A DNA stretch of 64,000 nucleotides from positions 42,036,001 through 42,100,000 of the forward strand of contig OY740805.1 in assembly GCA_963514005.1 (NCBI GenBank). Reading direction: 5' to 3'. The translations under genes and the position numbers were made by a program. The DNA is from Raja brachyura (Eukaryota). Of the stretch, positions 35,940-49,186 are shown piece after piece (positions within the stretch are counted from its first letter, which is position 1; every line of letters begins with the position of its first letter). The notes under the pieces were generated by a model that was not told the DNA's origin, searched no databases, and saw nothing but the letters and a program-made list of their open reading frames with translations.

Positions 35940-36960
35940 CAACATAACGTAGAACAGGACAGCACATGAACAGGCCATTCGGCCCACAATGTCTGTGCAG
36001 AACATGGTGCGAAGACCAGCTCTTATCTGCCTGCACATAATCTATATCCCTCCATTCCCTGTATATCCAGGTGTCTATCTAAAATGCCACTATCGTATCT
36101 GCCTCCACCACCACCCCTGGCAGCACATCCGAGGTACTCCCCACACTGGGAAAAATAACTTGCCCCGCACAAATCCTTTAACCTTTGCCTCTCTCACCTT
36201 AAAGCTATGTCCTCGAGTCTTTCATTATTTTCACCCTGGGGAAAAAGGTTCTGACTGTTCTATGCCTGTCATAATTGTATCCACTTCTGCCTCAACCACC
36301 TCTTCCAACAGCTTGTTCCATAATCCCATCACCCTTTTTGTAAAGGAGTTCCCTCGCAGGTTCCTGTTAACTCTCCTCCCCCCCAACCCCCCCCCCCCCC
36401 CCCCCCCCCCCACTTTATTTAAATCTATGATTGTTGATTCCCCTACTCTGGGGACGAGACTCTGTGCGTTTACCCGATCTATTCCTCTCACAATACTGTA
36501 CACCTCTATAGGATCACCCCTCATCCTCCTGCGCTACGAGGAATAAAGTCCTAGCCTGCTCATCCTCTCTCTATAGCTCAGGCCCTCGAGTCCTGGCAAC
36601 ATCCCCGTGAATCTTATCTGTACCCTTTACAGCTTGACAACGTATTTCCTATAACATGGTGCCCAGAACTGAACACAACTCTCCAAATGTGACATCACCA
36701 ACATCTTATATATCCGCAACGTGACCTCCCAACTTCTATACTCAATACTGTGACTGATGAAGGCCAATGTGCTGAAACACTTTATGAGCACACTATCTAC
36801 CTGTGACGCCACTTTCAAGGAACTATGTTACTGCACTCCTACATTAAGTTTGTATTGAATCCTGTATTAAATACCATCAACCATTCCTCAGCCCATCTGC
36901 CCAACCGATCAAGATCCTGCTGTAATGTTTGACGACCATCTTCACTATCCACAATACCAC
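35940..36960 (-). mobile_element. CR1 LINE 3' fragments
   Basis: SIEYRSWEV..HLESCVQFWAP and RGDPIEVYSIVRGIDRV. Confidence 0.8.
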
Positions 36961-37589
36961 ACACACTGTGCGAGCATTACCAGATTTGCCCCGTAAATAT
37001 ATGTACGTGTGTGTGTATGTACACACACACACAGACAGGCACACACTAACACATACACTAACACGCACACAGTGACACACACACAGACAGGCACACTCAC
37101 ACTCACACACACTCATACACCCACACACTCTCTCACACTAACACACATTCACACTCTAACACACACTCACATGCACACACACTCACACACACATAGATAA
37201 ACAATGAAGTGTTTTGCTGCACCCCTTCCCCTGTCTCTTTCTACGGAGGGAGCAGAGGGAAGCATGAGAATGAAGAAGTGTCCAGACCCTAGACGTGTTC
37301 TGTTATTTCCTTACACACGTGTTGCCTGACGCGCGGACTTCCTCCAGCAGTTGGTTTTTATTTCTCACCGTTAACCCGGTTCCCCTCCACTTCCACCACA
37401 ATTAGGAAACTCCGGGGAACATGTTTTTGTCCATGGGATGTTGGTGGGCTGGAAAACGCCGGGATATCGTCCAGTTGTCCGCCCGCCTGTGCCTGAGGCC
37501 GAGCGGCCTCTCCCCTGGTCCCGGGGCCGCGCTGCCCGAGTCTCCCCCCGACCCCCGGGGACTCTCTGATTCTCTGCTTCTCCCCCCAG

Positions 37590-37850
37590 TCTCCGTCACC
37601 CTGGATGTGGAAACAGTGAGTCCGCGGCTCGAGGTGTCTGAGGATCGGAAGAGGGTGAGACTGACCGGGACCCGGAGGAGTCTCCCTGACACCGGGAAGA
37701 GGTTTACACTCTGGCCGTCTGTGCTGGGATTGGAGGGATTCACATCGGGTAGACATTACTGGGAGGTGGAGGTGGCGGAGAGTCGGTTGTGGAGTCTGGG
37801 AGTCGCCGCAGTCTGTGAAGAGGATGATACAGGTCAAACTGACCCCAGAG
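37590..37850 (+). pseudogene. Second tandem B30.2 exon, frameshifted near 37810 and truncated by CR1
   Basis: Intact acceptor. [74 protein letters not shown]. Upstream 37215-37589 is homologous to about 31472-31801. Confidence 0.88.
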
Positions 37851-37862
37851 GATGATACAGGT

Positions 37863-38548
37863 CAAACCTGTCCTGTCCATCTACCTGTCCAACTGTTTCT
37901 TAAATGATGGGATAGTGCCAGCCTCAACTACCTCCTCTGGCAGCTTGTTCCATGCACCCACCACCCTCTGTGCGAAAAGTTACCCCTCGGATTCCTGTTA
38001 AATCTTTGCCCCTTCACCATGAACCTATGTCCTCTGGTTCTCGATTCCCCTACTCTGGGCAATAGACTCTGTGTATCTACCAGATCTATTCCTCTCGTGA
38101 TTTTGTACCTCTCTATAAGATCACACCTCATCCTCCTACACTCCATAGAATAGAGACCCAGCCTACTCAACCTCTCCCTGTAGCTCACACACTCTCGCCC
38201 TGGCAACATCCTCATAAATCTTTTCTGAACCCTTTCAAGCTTGACAATATCTTTCCTTTAACATGGTGCCCGGAACTGAACACAATATTCTAAATGCGGT
38301 CTCATCAACGTCTTATACAACTGCATCATGACCTCCCAACTTCTATACTCAATACTCTGATTGATGAAGGCCAAAGTGCCAAACGCCTTGTTGACCACCT
38401 TATCTACCTGCGACTCGACCTTCAAGGAACCATGCACCTGTACTCCTATACCCCTCTGCTCTGCAACACTACCCAGAGTCCCACCATTTACTGTCAAGGT
38501 CCTGGCCTTGTTCCACGTCCCAAAATCCAACACCTGACACTTCTCTGT
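37863..38548 (-). mobile_element. CR1 LINE 3' fragment
   Basis: ORFs 38258-38572 and 37928-38215 carry CR1 RT C-terminal motifs. Confidence 0.88.
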
Positions 38549-40204
38549 ATAAGGTCGACATGACATCGACAAATGAACTGTATAACGGGGAATACTTCAA
38601 ATTGTTTTTTTGTAATTTTCACCAATGAATGTCTGTGCTAGAAATAAATGGGGCTGTACAGAACATGTATTTTGTTTTTGAAACCTTACGCAAAGCTTTA
38701 TAAACGCACAGAGACTTGCGGTTAGACGTGTTTGCGCATGAAATGTGCAGGTTTGTGTTTATGACTGTTTTTATTGAAGTCACCTGTACTGAGGTACAGT
38801 GAAAAGCCTTGTTTTGCTTGCTGTCCATAACAGATCCGTTCTACCGCACATAGATGCAATCAGGTCAAACTCAAGTACAACATGTGGAGCAAAGGGGAAG
38901 ATACAGAGTGCAGAATATAGTTCTCAGCATTGTAGTGCATCAGTTCCAGACAAAGTCCAATGTCCGCAATGGGGTAGAGGTGAATCGGACAGTATCCCAG
39001 CTTATGGAAGGACAGTTCAGAATCCTGATGACAGAGGGGAAGTAGCTGTTCCTGAGTCTGGTGGTGCGCACTTTCAAGCTTCACTACCTTCTGCCGGACG
39101 GGAGCGGGGAGAAGAAGGTGCCTCACAGCGCCAGAGACTCGGGTTCCACCCTGACTAATGGTGCTGTCTGTACGGAGCTTGTACGTTCTCTACGTGACAG
39201 TGTGGGTTTCCTCCGGGTGCTCCGGTTTCCTCCCACAGAGGTACAGGTTTGTAGGTTAATTGGCCTTCTGTAATTTGCCCCTCGTGTGTAGGGAGTGGAT
39301 GAGAACGTGGAGTGACATTGTGCATGTGTGAACGGGCGACCGATGGTCGGCGTGGACTCGGTGGGCTGGAGGGCCTGTTTCCATGCTGTATCTCTGAACT
39401 ATAGAAAAGTAAACATTACCAAAGTTGGGTAAATCTACTCAACGTTTGGTTCTCAGGGTTCCAGTGAATGGCCATCACAGCTGTGTTTCACTGTGGTGTG
39501 AAATCGATCCTCAGACTCTGAAGATGAAACAAAAAGCTTTAGCTGGAGTTGACTGCAGACAGGGTGAGGGCAGATTCCAGACACTGATGGTAACTCCAGC
39601 CGGGAACAACAGCGAGGTGAAGCTGCATCCTCCACTCTGCAACCGTGCTCTCTGCCAGCTTCCATCCGTGGCTGTATCCTCAGCCACTGGTCNNNNNNNN
39701 NNNNNNNNNNNNNNNNNNNNNNNNNNNNNNNNNNNNNNNNNNNNNNNNNNNNNNNNNNNNNNNNNNNNNNNNNNNNNNNNNNNNNNNNNNNNNNNNNNNN
39801 NNNNNNNNNNNNNNNNNNNNNNNNNNNNNNNNNNNNNNNNNNNNNNNNNNNNNNNNNNNNNNNNNNNCACACATTCACAAATACACACACACATATACAC
39901 ACATACATATATACACACACACGGATATATATACACACATTCAGCACATGTCTATACACACACATAACTATATATACACACACATATCCACACAACACAC
40001 ATAACTATATACACACACATAACTATACTCGCACACACACATAACTATATACACACACTATAACACACCTCTCTCTCATATTCCATCTGCTTGCATTTGT
40101 CATTCGATTGGTTGAAGTGGAAAGGCTGAGCGCCCTCTCAGAGCCAGAGCTCCCTGTCCTGAATCCGCTGTTTTAATTTAAAGATTTCATGGAAACCTTA
40201 GTGC

Positions 40205-41566
40205 CAACACACAACTGACTGACTTCATCCATTTCACCACCAACTTCCATCCGGCACTCAAATATACTTGGACCATTTCCGACATTTCCCTACCATTCCT
40301 TGACCTCACCATCTCTATTGCAGGTGATACACTCCTGACCGTCATCCAATACAAACCAACTGACTCCCACAGCTACCTGGACTACTCTTCCTCCCACCCT
40401 GCTTCCTGTAAGAACTCCATCCCCTATTCCCAATCCCTCCATCTACGCCGCATCTGCTCCCAGGATCAGGTATTCCACACCAGGTCATCACAAATGTCCT
40501 CGTTCTTCAGAGAACGGGGTTTCCCCTCCCCCACTATAGATGAGGCCCGCACCAGGGTCTCCTCCATACCCCGCAACACTGCCCTCTCTCCCCATTCCCC
40601 CACTCACAACAAGGGCCGAGTCCCCCTGGTCCTCACCTTTCACCCCACCAGCCAGCGCATACAACACATAGTCCTCCGCCAGTTTCGCCACCTCCAACGT
40701 GACCCCTCCACTCGCCACATCTTCCCATCTCCCCCCGTTTGCCTTCCGCAAAGACCGCTCCCTCCGTAGCTCCCTTGTCAATTCTTCCCTTCCCTCCCAA
40801 TCCACCCCTTCCCCGGGCACTTTCCCTTGCAACCGCAAGAGATGCTACACTTGTCCCTTCACCTCCCCCCTCCACTCATTTCAGGCACCCAAGCAGTCCT
40901 TCCAGGTCCGACAGAGGTTCACCTGCACCTCCTCCAACCTCATCTACTGCATCCGTTGCTCCAGATGCCGGCTGATCTATATCGGTGAGACCAAGCGGAG
41001 GCTTGGCGATCGTTTCGCCGAACACCTCCGCTCGGTCCGCAATAACCAACCCGACCTCCCGGTGGCTAAGCACTTCAACTGCCCCTCCCATTCCGTATCC
41101 GACCTCTCGGTCCTGGGCCTCCTCCACGGCCAGAGTGAGCAACACCGCAAGTTGGAGGAACAGCACCTCATATTCCGCTTGGGGAGTCTGCATCCTCTTG
41201 GCTTAAACATTGAATTTTCTCAATTCTGTTAACCCTTGCTGTCTCCTCCCCTTCCCACCTCTCCCTCAGCCCTCGGGCCCTGGCATTCCCTCTCTCTCTC
41301 TATCTCTATCTCTCCCCCACCCAAGTCGCACTAGCTTCTCATTTTCACACCACAAACAGCTTACAACGGCCTGTTTCCTTTATCATCGATACTTTTTTGC
41401 ATATCTTTCATTCATTGTTCTTTATCTCTCCACATCGCCGTCTATATCTCTCGTTTCCCTGATCCATAGCCAGTCTGAAGAAGGGTCTCGACCCGAAACG
41501 TCGCCTATCTCCTTCGCTCCTTAGATGCTGCTGCACCCGCTGAGTTTCTCCGGCCTTTTGTGTATT
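40205..41566 (+). mobile_element. Penelope-like retroelement (RT C-terminus, GIY-YIG endonuclease, terminal repeat)
   Basis: HPALKYT, LPFLDL, KPTDSHSYL, SHPASCKNSIPYSQ; CNRKRCYTC..NLIYCIRCSRCRLIYIGETKRRLGDRFAEH..HFN..LGLN. Confidence 0.92.
41475..41502 (+). ncRNA. Minimal hammerhead-ribozyme motif in the Penelope terminal repeat
   Basis: CTGAAGA-A-GGGTC-TC-GACCC-GAAA-CG-TC, about 240 bp after the GIY-YIG stop. Confidence 0.55.
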
Positions 41567-42825
41567 CAGGGTAGCATAGACCCTGGCTTCATGCCGCTAT
41601 TGCCCAAAGTCAGGGCTAGCAGCAAACAGGTAGGTAAAAACGTGCCACGGACAGCGGGGCGTTCTGTTTTCCCTGTTTTGCAGGTCCCCAGAGGGCGGAC
41701 CAGGGGGAAAGCTGCGTCCAGATCGAGCCCCGCTGCAGCGGACGGCATCGACAGACCGCCAGGGGTAACCTGCTAGATTGCGGACCGGTGATGGATCTGC
41801 TGGGAAGTTGGGCAGCCCTGCAGGAGCAGGAGGTACCGGCTCACCACCGGGACAGGCTGCCGGAGTGGAGGCCGGTGGCAGCGGATTTCGGTCGTGCGGC
41901 CCCGCTGAGGCGGCAGCTAGCGACCATGCGCCGTCACAGACCCGTGTAACCGGGGGTGGCGGTAAGCCCGCGCGGATGCCGGGGAGCCCCGCTGCAGCGG
42001 CCGGCACCGACTGATCTCCGCTTCTGTCCAACCAGAGAGGCGGGCCGCTACAGTCCGGAAGATGGCGGACTTGCGGCAAGTCCACGCGGGAGTCGTGCGG
42101 CCCCGCAGGAGCGGCAGGCAGCGACTACCTGCCAATACACCCTAGACATCACCTCGTCCGTTGGTAGAAGCCCCAAGTCGGCTTCCCCAGCATGAAGAAC
42201 CTGGGGAAGCCGACTTGTCGTTCGCTTATTGCGGCGGCGGTCGCATGGCCAGGAAGGAGCGAATGGTAGAGCAGCCACTCCAAAGAGACCTGTAACATCA
42301 AGAGCGGGGATCCCAGCGATCCAGGAGTCATGCTGTGGGTCCGACAAGTATTTCTCCCTCATCCGCCGACAGCGCCAGAAGTCAGTGGTTAGCTGACTTC
42401 GATGAGGGGTTGGGCAGGAGCCAGCAGTAGAAGAGGCCACTGCGCCAATAGTTCCACAGGAAGAGCTATTGGACGTGGTCTCCAAATTTACAAAGCCTGG
42501 ACATTCAGGGAAACCGCTTCAACCCAAACTAGCGGCAAGTATAAATGTTCTCACAACCCACCAGCTGCAGGAACAGGTGTTGACGGAGGCTATGGAGAAA
42601 TATAAAGCCCCAGGAAATTGTGTAACCCTGAATGTCCCAACAGTCAACATGCCCATCTGGGGGAACATCAGTCCCGGAACCAGGGCCCAGGAGCTGAAGA
42701 GGCAGAAAATCTTACAGCTGTTGACTTCAGGCATTACGGCATTCGCCAGAACCCTGGACGGGACCGATATAACAGAGGAACAACAAGATGCTCTGGCTCT
42801 GTTATGCAATACGCAATTTGAAATG

Positions 42826-43813
42826 GACCATTTCCGACATTTCCCTACCATTCCTTGACCTCACCATCTCTATTGCAGGTGATACACTACTGACCGACAT
42901 CCACTACAAACCAACTGACTCCCACAGCTACCTGGACTACTCTTCCTCCCACCCTGCTTCCTGTTAGGACTCCATCCCCTGCCTTCCACAAAGACCGCTC
43001 CCTCCGCAATTCCCTTGTCAATTCTTCACTTCCCTCCTGCTCCACCCCTTCCCCGGGCACTTTCCCTTGCAACCGCAAGAGATGCTACACTTATCCCTTC
43101 ACCTGCTCCATCCACTCCTTTCAGGGACCCAAGCAGTCCTTCCAAGTCCAACAGAGGTTCACCTGCACCTCCTCCAACCTCATCTACTGCATCCGTTGCT
43201 CCAGATGCCAGCTGATCTACATCGGTGAGACCAAGCGGAGGCTGGGCGATCATTTCGCCAAACACCTCCGCTCGGTCTGCAATAACCAACCCGACCTCCC
43301 GGTGGCTCAGCACTTCAACTCCCCCTCCCATTCCGTATCCGACCTCTCGGTCCTGGGCCTCCTCCACGGCCAGAGTGAGCAACACTGCAAGTTGGAGGAA
43401 CAGCACCTCATATTCCGCTTGGGGAGTCTGCATCCTCTGGCTTAAACATTTAATTTTCTCAATTCTGTTAACCCAGGCTGCCTCCTCCCCCTCGCCACCT
43501 CTCCCTCAGCCCTCGGGCCCTGGCATTCCTTCTCTCCCTATCTCCCCCCCCCACCCAAGTCGCACTAGCTTCTCATTTTCACACTACAAACAGCTTACAA
43601 TGGCCTGTTTCCTTTATCATCGATACTTTTTTGCATATCTTTCATTCATTGTTCTTTATCTCTCCACATCACTGTCTATATCTCTCGTTTCCCTGATCCC
43701 TGACCAGTCTGAAGAATGGTCTCGACCCGAAAGTCACCTATCTCCTTCGCGCCTTCGATGCTACTGCACCCGCTGAGTTTCTCGATTCTCCAGCATCTGC
43801 AGTTCCTTCTTGA
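42826..43813 (+). mobile_element. Penelope-like element inserted in DIRS gag, 15-bp TSD
   Basis: Near-copy of 40270-41560 with an internal deletion. Flanks ACGCAATTTGAAATG (42811) and ACGCAATTTAAAATG (43814). Confidence 0.88.
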
Positions 43814-44871
43814 ACGCAATTTAAAATGAATTGTTTCAGGAAAAGCTCCATCCGGCCCACACTCAAGCCGAAATTTGCAGGGTTGTGCAAAGCCTCTACC
43901 ACACCACCGCCCAGGCAGCTGTTCGGGGAGGACCTACCTAAACAGGTCAAAGAGTTGGATGAGGACGCCAAAGCAGTCGAACTGACGAAACCTCCGTCGT
44001 CAACCACGCCACAGGCGTACCGGAGACACCATCCGTACCCTAACTCCAAGCCTCGGGGACAACCGGACAGGGCACCGAGAGCTTACCCACCGACCGCTCC
44101 CCATCAGCAGAAGCCTTCTTTAGGGCAGGGCCAACAGAGGCCAGCATGGAAGATGCGCCAAAACCCCACCCCAGCAACACAACGTCCACCAAAAGCCCAG
44201 AACACCAAGCCCCGCCGGTAGCCATGGAGGTAAGGGGGTCTGGTTCTTTCAAGAAAGCTGCATGCATAACCTCACAAGTAGGAGGAAGGTTGCGTGCATT
44301 CTGGGATGCATGGGGTGCTATAACTTTAGATACCTTTATTCTACAAAGTCTTCAGGGTTACGAGATAGAATTTATCAATGGGCGTCTTCCCCCAACTCAA
44401 CATGTACCCCAGACCGCAAATTTGCACTCTCTCGAAAAAGAGAAAGAGGAAGGACTTGCGGAAATATTAAGGCTATCTGCCAGAGGGGTAATAGAGAAAA
44501 CGACACATTGACCTTTTGAATTTGTGTCCAACATCTTTACAAAAACCAAAAAAGATGGTAGATGCCGGATTATCATTGATCTAACCCATTTAAATACTTT
44601 TGTACAATATACCCATTTCAAGATGGAGACATTTGAAACGGCTAAACTGCTGATTTCCCGAGGGTACTTTATGGCCTGCATCGATTTAAAAGATGCATAC
44701 TATCCAGTACCTATTAAAGAACACCACCGGAAATGCTTAAAATTTGTCTGGATGGGCAACTGTGGCAATACAAAGCCCTACCCAATGGACTTACCACAGC
44801 CCCTAGGTTATTTCCAAAAAAATTAAAACCAATATTGGCATCCCTTAGAGAACATAATTATATAGTCATGG

Positions 44872-46995
44872 TGTAGCAGCACCATACGTGGCGAATAAAG
44901 AGGAGACATCAGGTTGGTGCAACTGGTTCTTTATTCTGTTGTCACACATATAGTGGGTGCGCTAACTATATATAGAGTTGTTGTAGGTGAGCGAGGTTGT
45001 GCCCTCGGGCTCAGCTACCGGTAGAAACTCCTGGTGGATCTCGTGGTGAGAGAGCTTATGTACCAGGACACTCCCTCTGCCCATGACGTCGTGTGCCCGC
45101 CCTCTCCTGACGAGGGTTCGAGCTTAAGTGGCTGACGCCACAGGACCCCCCCCAGAACAGGAGGAAGGAATAGCTTGGTCAAGGGAAGCTCCTGCATGAA
45201 GGTCTGGGACACCCCGGACGTGGGTCGGGACGGAGGGCTCCACGGGCGCAGTTGACGCTCTGCGTGGGCGATCCCGATGTACCGAGGGGTGCGAGGAGAC
45301 CGATGCAGAAGCCGCCGGACAGAAGAGGTCTGGGACACCCCGGGCGTGGGTCGGGACGGAGGGCTCCACGGGCGCAGTTGACGCTCTGCGTGGGCGATCC
45401 CGATGTACCGAGGGGTGCGAGGAGACGGATGTAGAAGCCGCCGGACAGAAGAGGTCTGGGACACCCCGGGTGTGGGTCGGGACGGTGCTCTACACGGGCG
45501 CAGTTGACGCTCTGCGTGTGAGATCCCGATGTACCGAGGGGTGCGACGAGACTGAAGAAACACGGTTGCATCTCCTTGACCAGCTAAGGGAGAGTGTCCT
45601 GTGACACACGGCCCCCAAAAACGATGGGGGGTAAACCAAATACAATATACAAACCAATTGCAGTGCACACAAACATGAACAGTGAAAAAAAAAGAATTAG
45701 TGTCCAGTGTCTAAATTTCAAATTGTCCATTGTTCATCGTGCAGCCACAACATCCAGCTGGAGGGTGGCGCTGTGGACAGTGGTGAGGCTGCAGTGACGG
45801 CATCCGGCCGGAAGGTGGCGCTGTGGATGACGATGAGGTTGCAGGGGCAGCAGCCGAACTGACGGTGGCGCTGTTGCTGGCAGTGAAGCTGCAGGGACGG
45901 CATCCGGCCAGAAGGTGGCGCTGTAGACGGCGGCCAGGTAAGTTCGCAGTGCACTTCCGGCCGGCGGCGGCCATGTTTGTAGTCGGAAGCCGCCCGTTTC
46001 AAGATGGCGCCGCGGCCATTTTGCTGGCCGGGTGAAGAGGAATCACCTGGTGACTGGAGGACGGCGAGGAGCTGAAGGGCGGCTTCGGCGGCCGCCTCAG
46101 GTAAGCCCACTTTTACAGGTGCAGCGGTCGGCGGGGCCAGGCGTGGTGCAGGGCCTGGAGACATGGTGAGGCCTGGAGCCGGGTCCGGTGCTGGGCCTGG
46201 AGACGCGGTGAGGCCGGGAGCCGGTTCCGGTGCAGGGCCTGGGGACGCAGTGAGGCCTGGAGCCGGGTCCGGTGCAGGGGCTGGAGCCGCGGTGAGGCCT
46301 GGAGCGGTGCTGGGGCCTGTAGACGTGGGGAGGCCTGGCGCGGTGCTGGGCCTGGAGACCCAGTGAGGCCTGGAGCGGTGCTGGGGCCTGGAGACCCAGT
46401 GAGGCCTGGAGCAGTGTCCCCGGTCAGTTGCATTCCGGTGCAAGGCCCGGAGCCGGGGTCCGTTGTCGGGAGCGGGAGAGTGGCAGGTACTCACTCTGCT
46501 CCCAGGGCCGTCGGGCGTGTGTCGGGGCTGCCGTGGGCAGGAGGCTGCAATGCTCGCAGCTCCTGCAGCAGCTGGTGGGGCAGCGGCGACATATCTCACT
46601 GCAGGGCCTGGTTGGCGGCAGCGTAGTTCTGCAGGGCTGGGCAGCCGGCTGTAGACATCAGGTCTCCCGAGGCTGCGTCTTCAGGTGAGCCCAAATTTAA
46701 ATTTGGACAGTCGGGGGTCACCAATGTAGCAGCACCATACGTGGCGAATAAAGAGGAGACATCAGGTTGGTGCAACTGGTTCTTTATTCTGTTGTCACAC
46801 ATATAGTGGGTGCGCTAACTATATATAGAGTTGTTGTAGCTGAGCGAGGTTGTGCCCTCGGGCTCAGCTACCGGTAGAAACTCCTGGTGGATCTCGTGGT
46901 GAGAGAGCTTATGTACCAGGACACTCCCTCTGCCCATGACGTCGTGTGCCCGCCCTCTCCTAACGAGGGTTCGAGCTTAAGTGGCTGACGCCACA
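44872..46995 (-). mobile_element. Non-autonomous LTR retrotransposon (271-bp LTRs 44872-45142 and 46725-46995; Gypsy-like signals) inserted in DIRS RT
   Basis: TG...CA LTRs almost identical. ATGG TSD, with the empty site visible in copy B near 63033. PBS TGGTGACCCC and G-rich PPT on minus. No pol in the 1.58-kb interior. Confidence 0.92.
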
Positions 46996-47488
46996 ATGGC
47001 ATATTTAGGTGATATCTTAATTGTGGGGGAAACCCTGGAACTAGGTGAACTAGCAGTAACAGCTACCAAAACGTTATTTGAGAAACTAGGGTTTGTTATC
47101 CATCCAGACAAATCTAACTTCAACCCGTCGATGGTCGTGGACTACCTGGGATTCACTATTAACACCAATCAAATGATTTTCACTATCCCAGCCAGCAAAG
47201 CAATAGATATAAAAGAGGCATGTAACAGCCTTGCTTGCGACAGGGTACCGACCATCAGACACGCTGCTAAGGTAATTGGGAAACTCGTGCTACATTTCCA
47301 GCTGCGCAATTTGGCCCATTACATTATCAAAATTTGCAAAGAGCAGAAATTTCAGCATTAAAAGCAAATGCAGGACACTTTGACAGACCTATGCAGCTGC
47401 TAAAATCAAGGCTAAAATTGAGCTACAATGGTGGGTAAGCAATGTTAGTGATTGCTTTAAACCCATCATTATATCCAACCCATCAGTC

Positions 47489-48286
47489 GTGTTACAAACC
47501 GACGCAAGCGCCCAAGGCTGGGGAGCTACAGACACCACTTCCAGTGGTGGCGGCGGAAGGGATTCTCACGAGTCTACCCTTCTTCAATCACAAGGTATAA
47601 ACTGTTTGGAAATGCTGGGAGCATTTCAAGGGCTGCGGGCTTACTGCACAAATTTACATCATACACATGTCCGCCTTCAAATAGATAATACCACTGTGGT
47701 GGCATATTTAAACCATATGGGTGGTATCAGGTCAGTATCTTGTGATGAATTGGCAAATACAATCTGACGCTGGTGTATTGAAATAAATATTTGGATATCA
47801 GCCACTTACCTTCCGGGTAAGCTCAATACAGTGGCGGACACCAGGTCACGAGTATTCAATGACAACATCGAGTGGATGTTGAACCCTGAAATATTTGCTG
47901 AAATTATAGCTAAATTTGGAACACCAGATATCGACCTCTTTACGTCCAGGTTGAACCATCAGATACCAACATATGTCTCTTGGGAACCAGATCCTGGGGC
48001 AGTGGCAATGGATGCATTTTCTCTCCATTGGGGGAAATGGTTTTGCTATGCATTTCCCCCATTCTGCCTCATCAGTCGGGTATTGCAGAAAATTGAACTG
48101 GATTCTGCATCAGGCATTCTGATAATACCTGACTGGCCCACACAACCATGGTACCCGCTGGTCCTCCATATGTTAAAAGTTCCATGGTTACAAATTACCA
48201 AAAGCCCAAATTTGGTCACTAACCCCATCACTGGGGAGAGTCATCCGTGCCATGGTCATCTGAACCTGTTGGCTTGCAGGTTCTGA
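47489..48286 (+). pseudogene. DIRS RNase H plus DNA adenine-methyltransferase-like domain (stop at 47765)
   Basis: QTDASAQGWGA..; ADTRSR..EWMLN..PDIDLFTSRLNHQ..DAFSLHW..YAFPPF..PDWPTQPWYP. Confidence 0.85.
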
Positions 48287-48447
48287 AGAGGCCACTGCTG
48301 GAGTTTGGACTGTCATCCAGGGCCATGGACATCATTACGGCGTCGTGCAGAGTATCTACCAGGAAGCAGCACCTAACCCAAATCAGGAAGTGGGAAGCCT
48401 ACTGCAGTCGGACGAAGACAACCTACAACTCTGCCACGATCCCTGAC

Positions 48448-49186
48448 GGTAGGGAATTGAAGAATACAGTTGAACAGAGGGATCTGGGAATAACCGTGCA
48501 TAGTTCCTTGAAGGTGGAATCTTATATAGATAGGGTGGTAAAGAAAGCTTTTGGTATGCTAGCCTTTATAAATCAGAGCATTGAGTATAGAAGCTGGGAT
48601 GTAATGTTAAAATTGTACAAGGCATTGGTGAGACCAAATCTGGAGTATGGTGTACAATTTTGGTCGCCCAATTATAGGAAGGATGTCAACAAAATAGAGA
48701 AGGTACAGAGGAGATTTATTAGAATGTTGCCTGGGTTTCAACAGCTAAGTTACAGAGATAGGTTGAATAAGTTAGGTCTTTATTCTCTGGAGCGCAGAAG
48801 GTTAAGGGGGACTTGATAGAGGTCTTTAAAATGATGAGAGGGATAGACAGAGTTGATGTGGACAAGCTTTTCCCTTTGAGAATAGGGAAGATTCAAACAA
48901 GAGGACATGACTTTAGAATTAAGGGACAGAGGTTTAGGGGTAACATGAGGGGGAACTTCTTTACTCAGAGAGTGGTAGCGGTGTGGAATGAGCTTCCAGT
49001 GGAAGTGGTGGCGGCAGGTTCGTTGATATCATTTAAAAATAAATTGGATAGGCATATGGATGAGAAGGGTATGGAGGGTTATGGTATGAGTGCAGGCAGG
49101 TGGGACTAAAGGGAAAAAGGTTGTTCGGCACGGACTTGAAGGGCCGAGATGGCCTGTTTCCGTGCTGTAATTGTTATATGTTATAT
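48448..49186 (+). mobile_element. CR1 3' fragment inserted in DIRS recombinase (also present in copy B at 59901-60640)
   Basis: Interrupts ..TIPD|VLEFL.., with the same junctions in both arms. Confidence 0.92.

Noticed and set aside
47831-48286. Bacterial or phage Dam methylase by horizontal transfer or contamination
   Set aside because: It is the standard methyltransferase domain of DIRS pol, in its expected position after RNase H.
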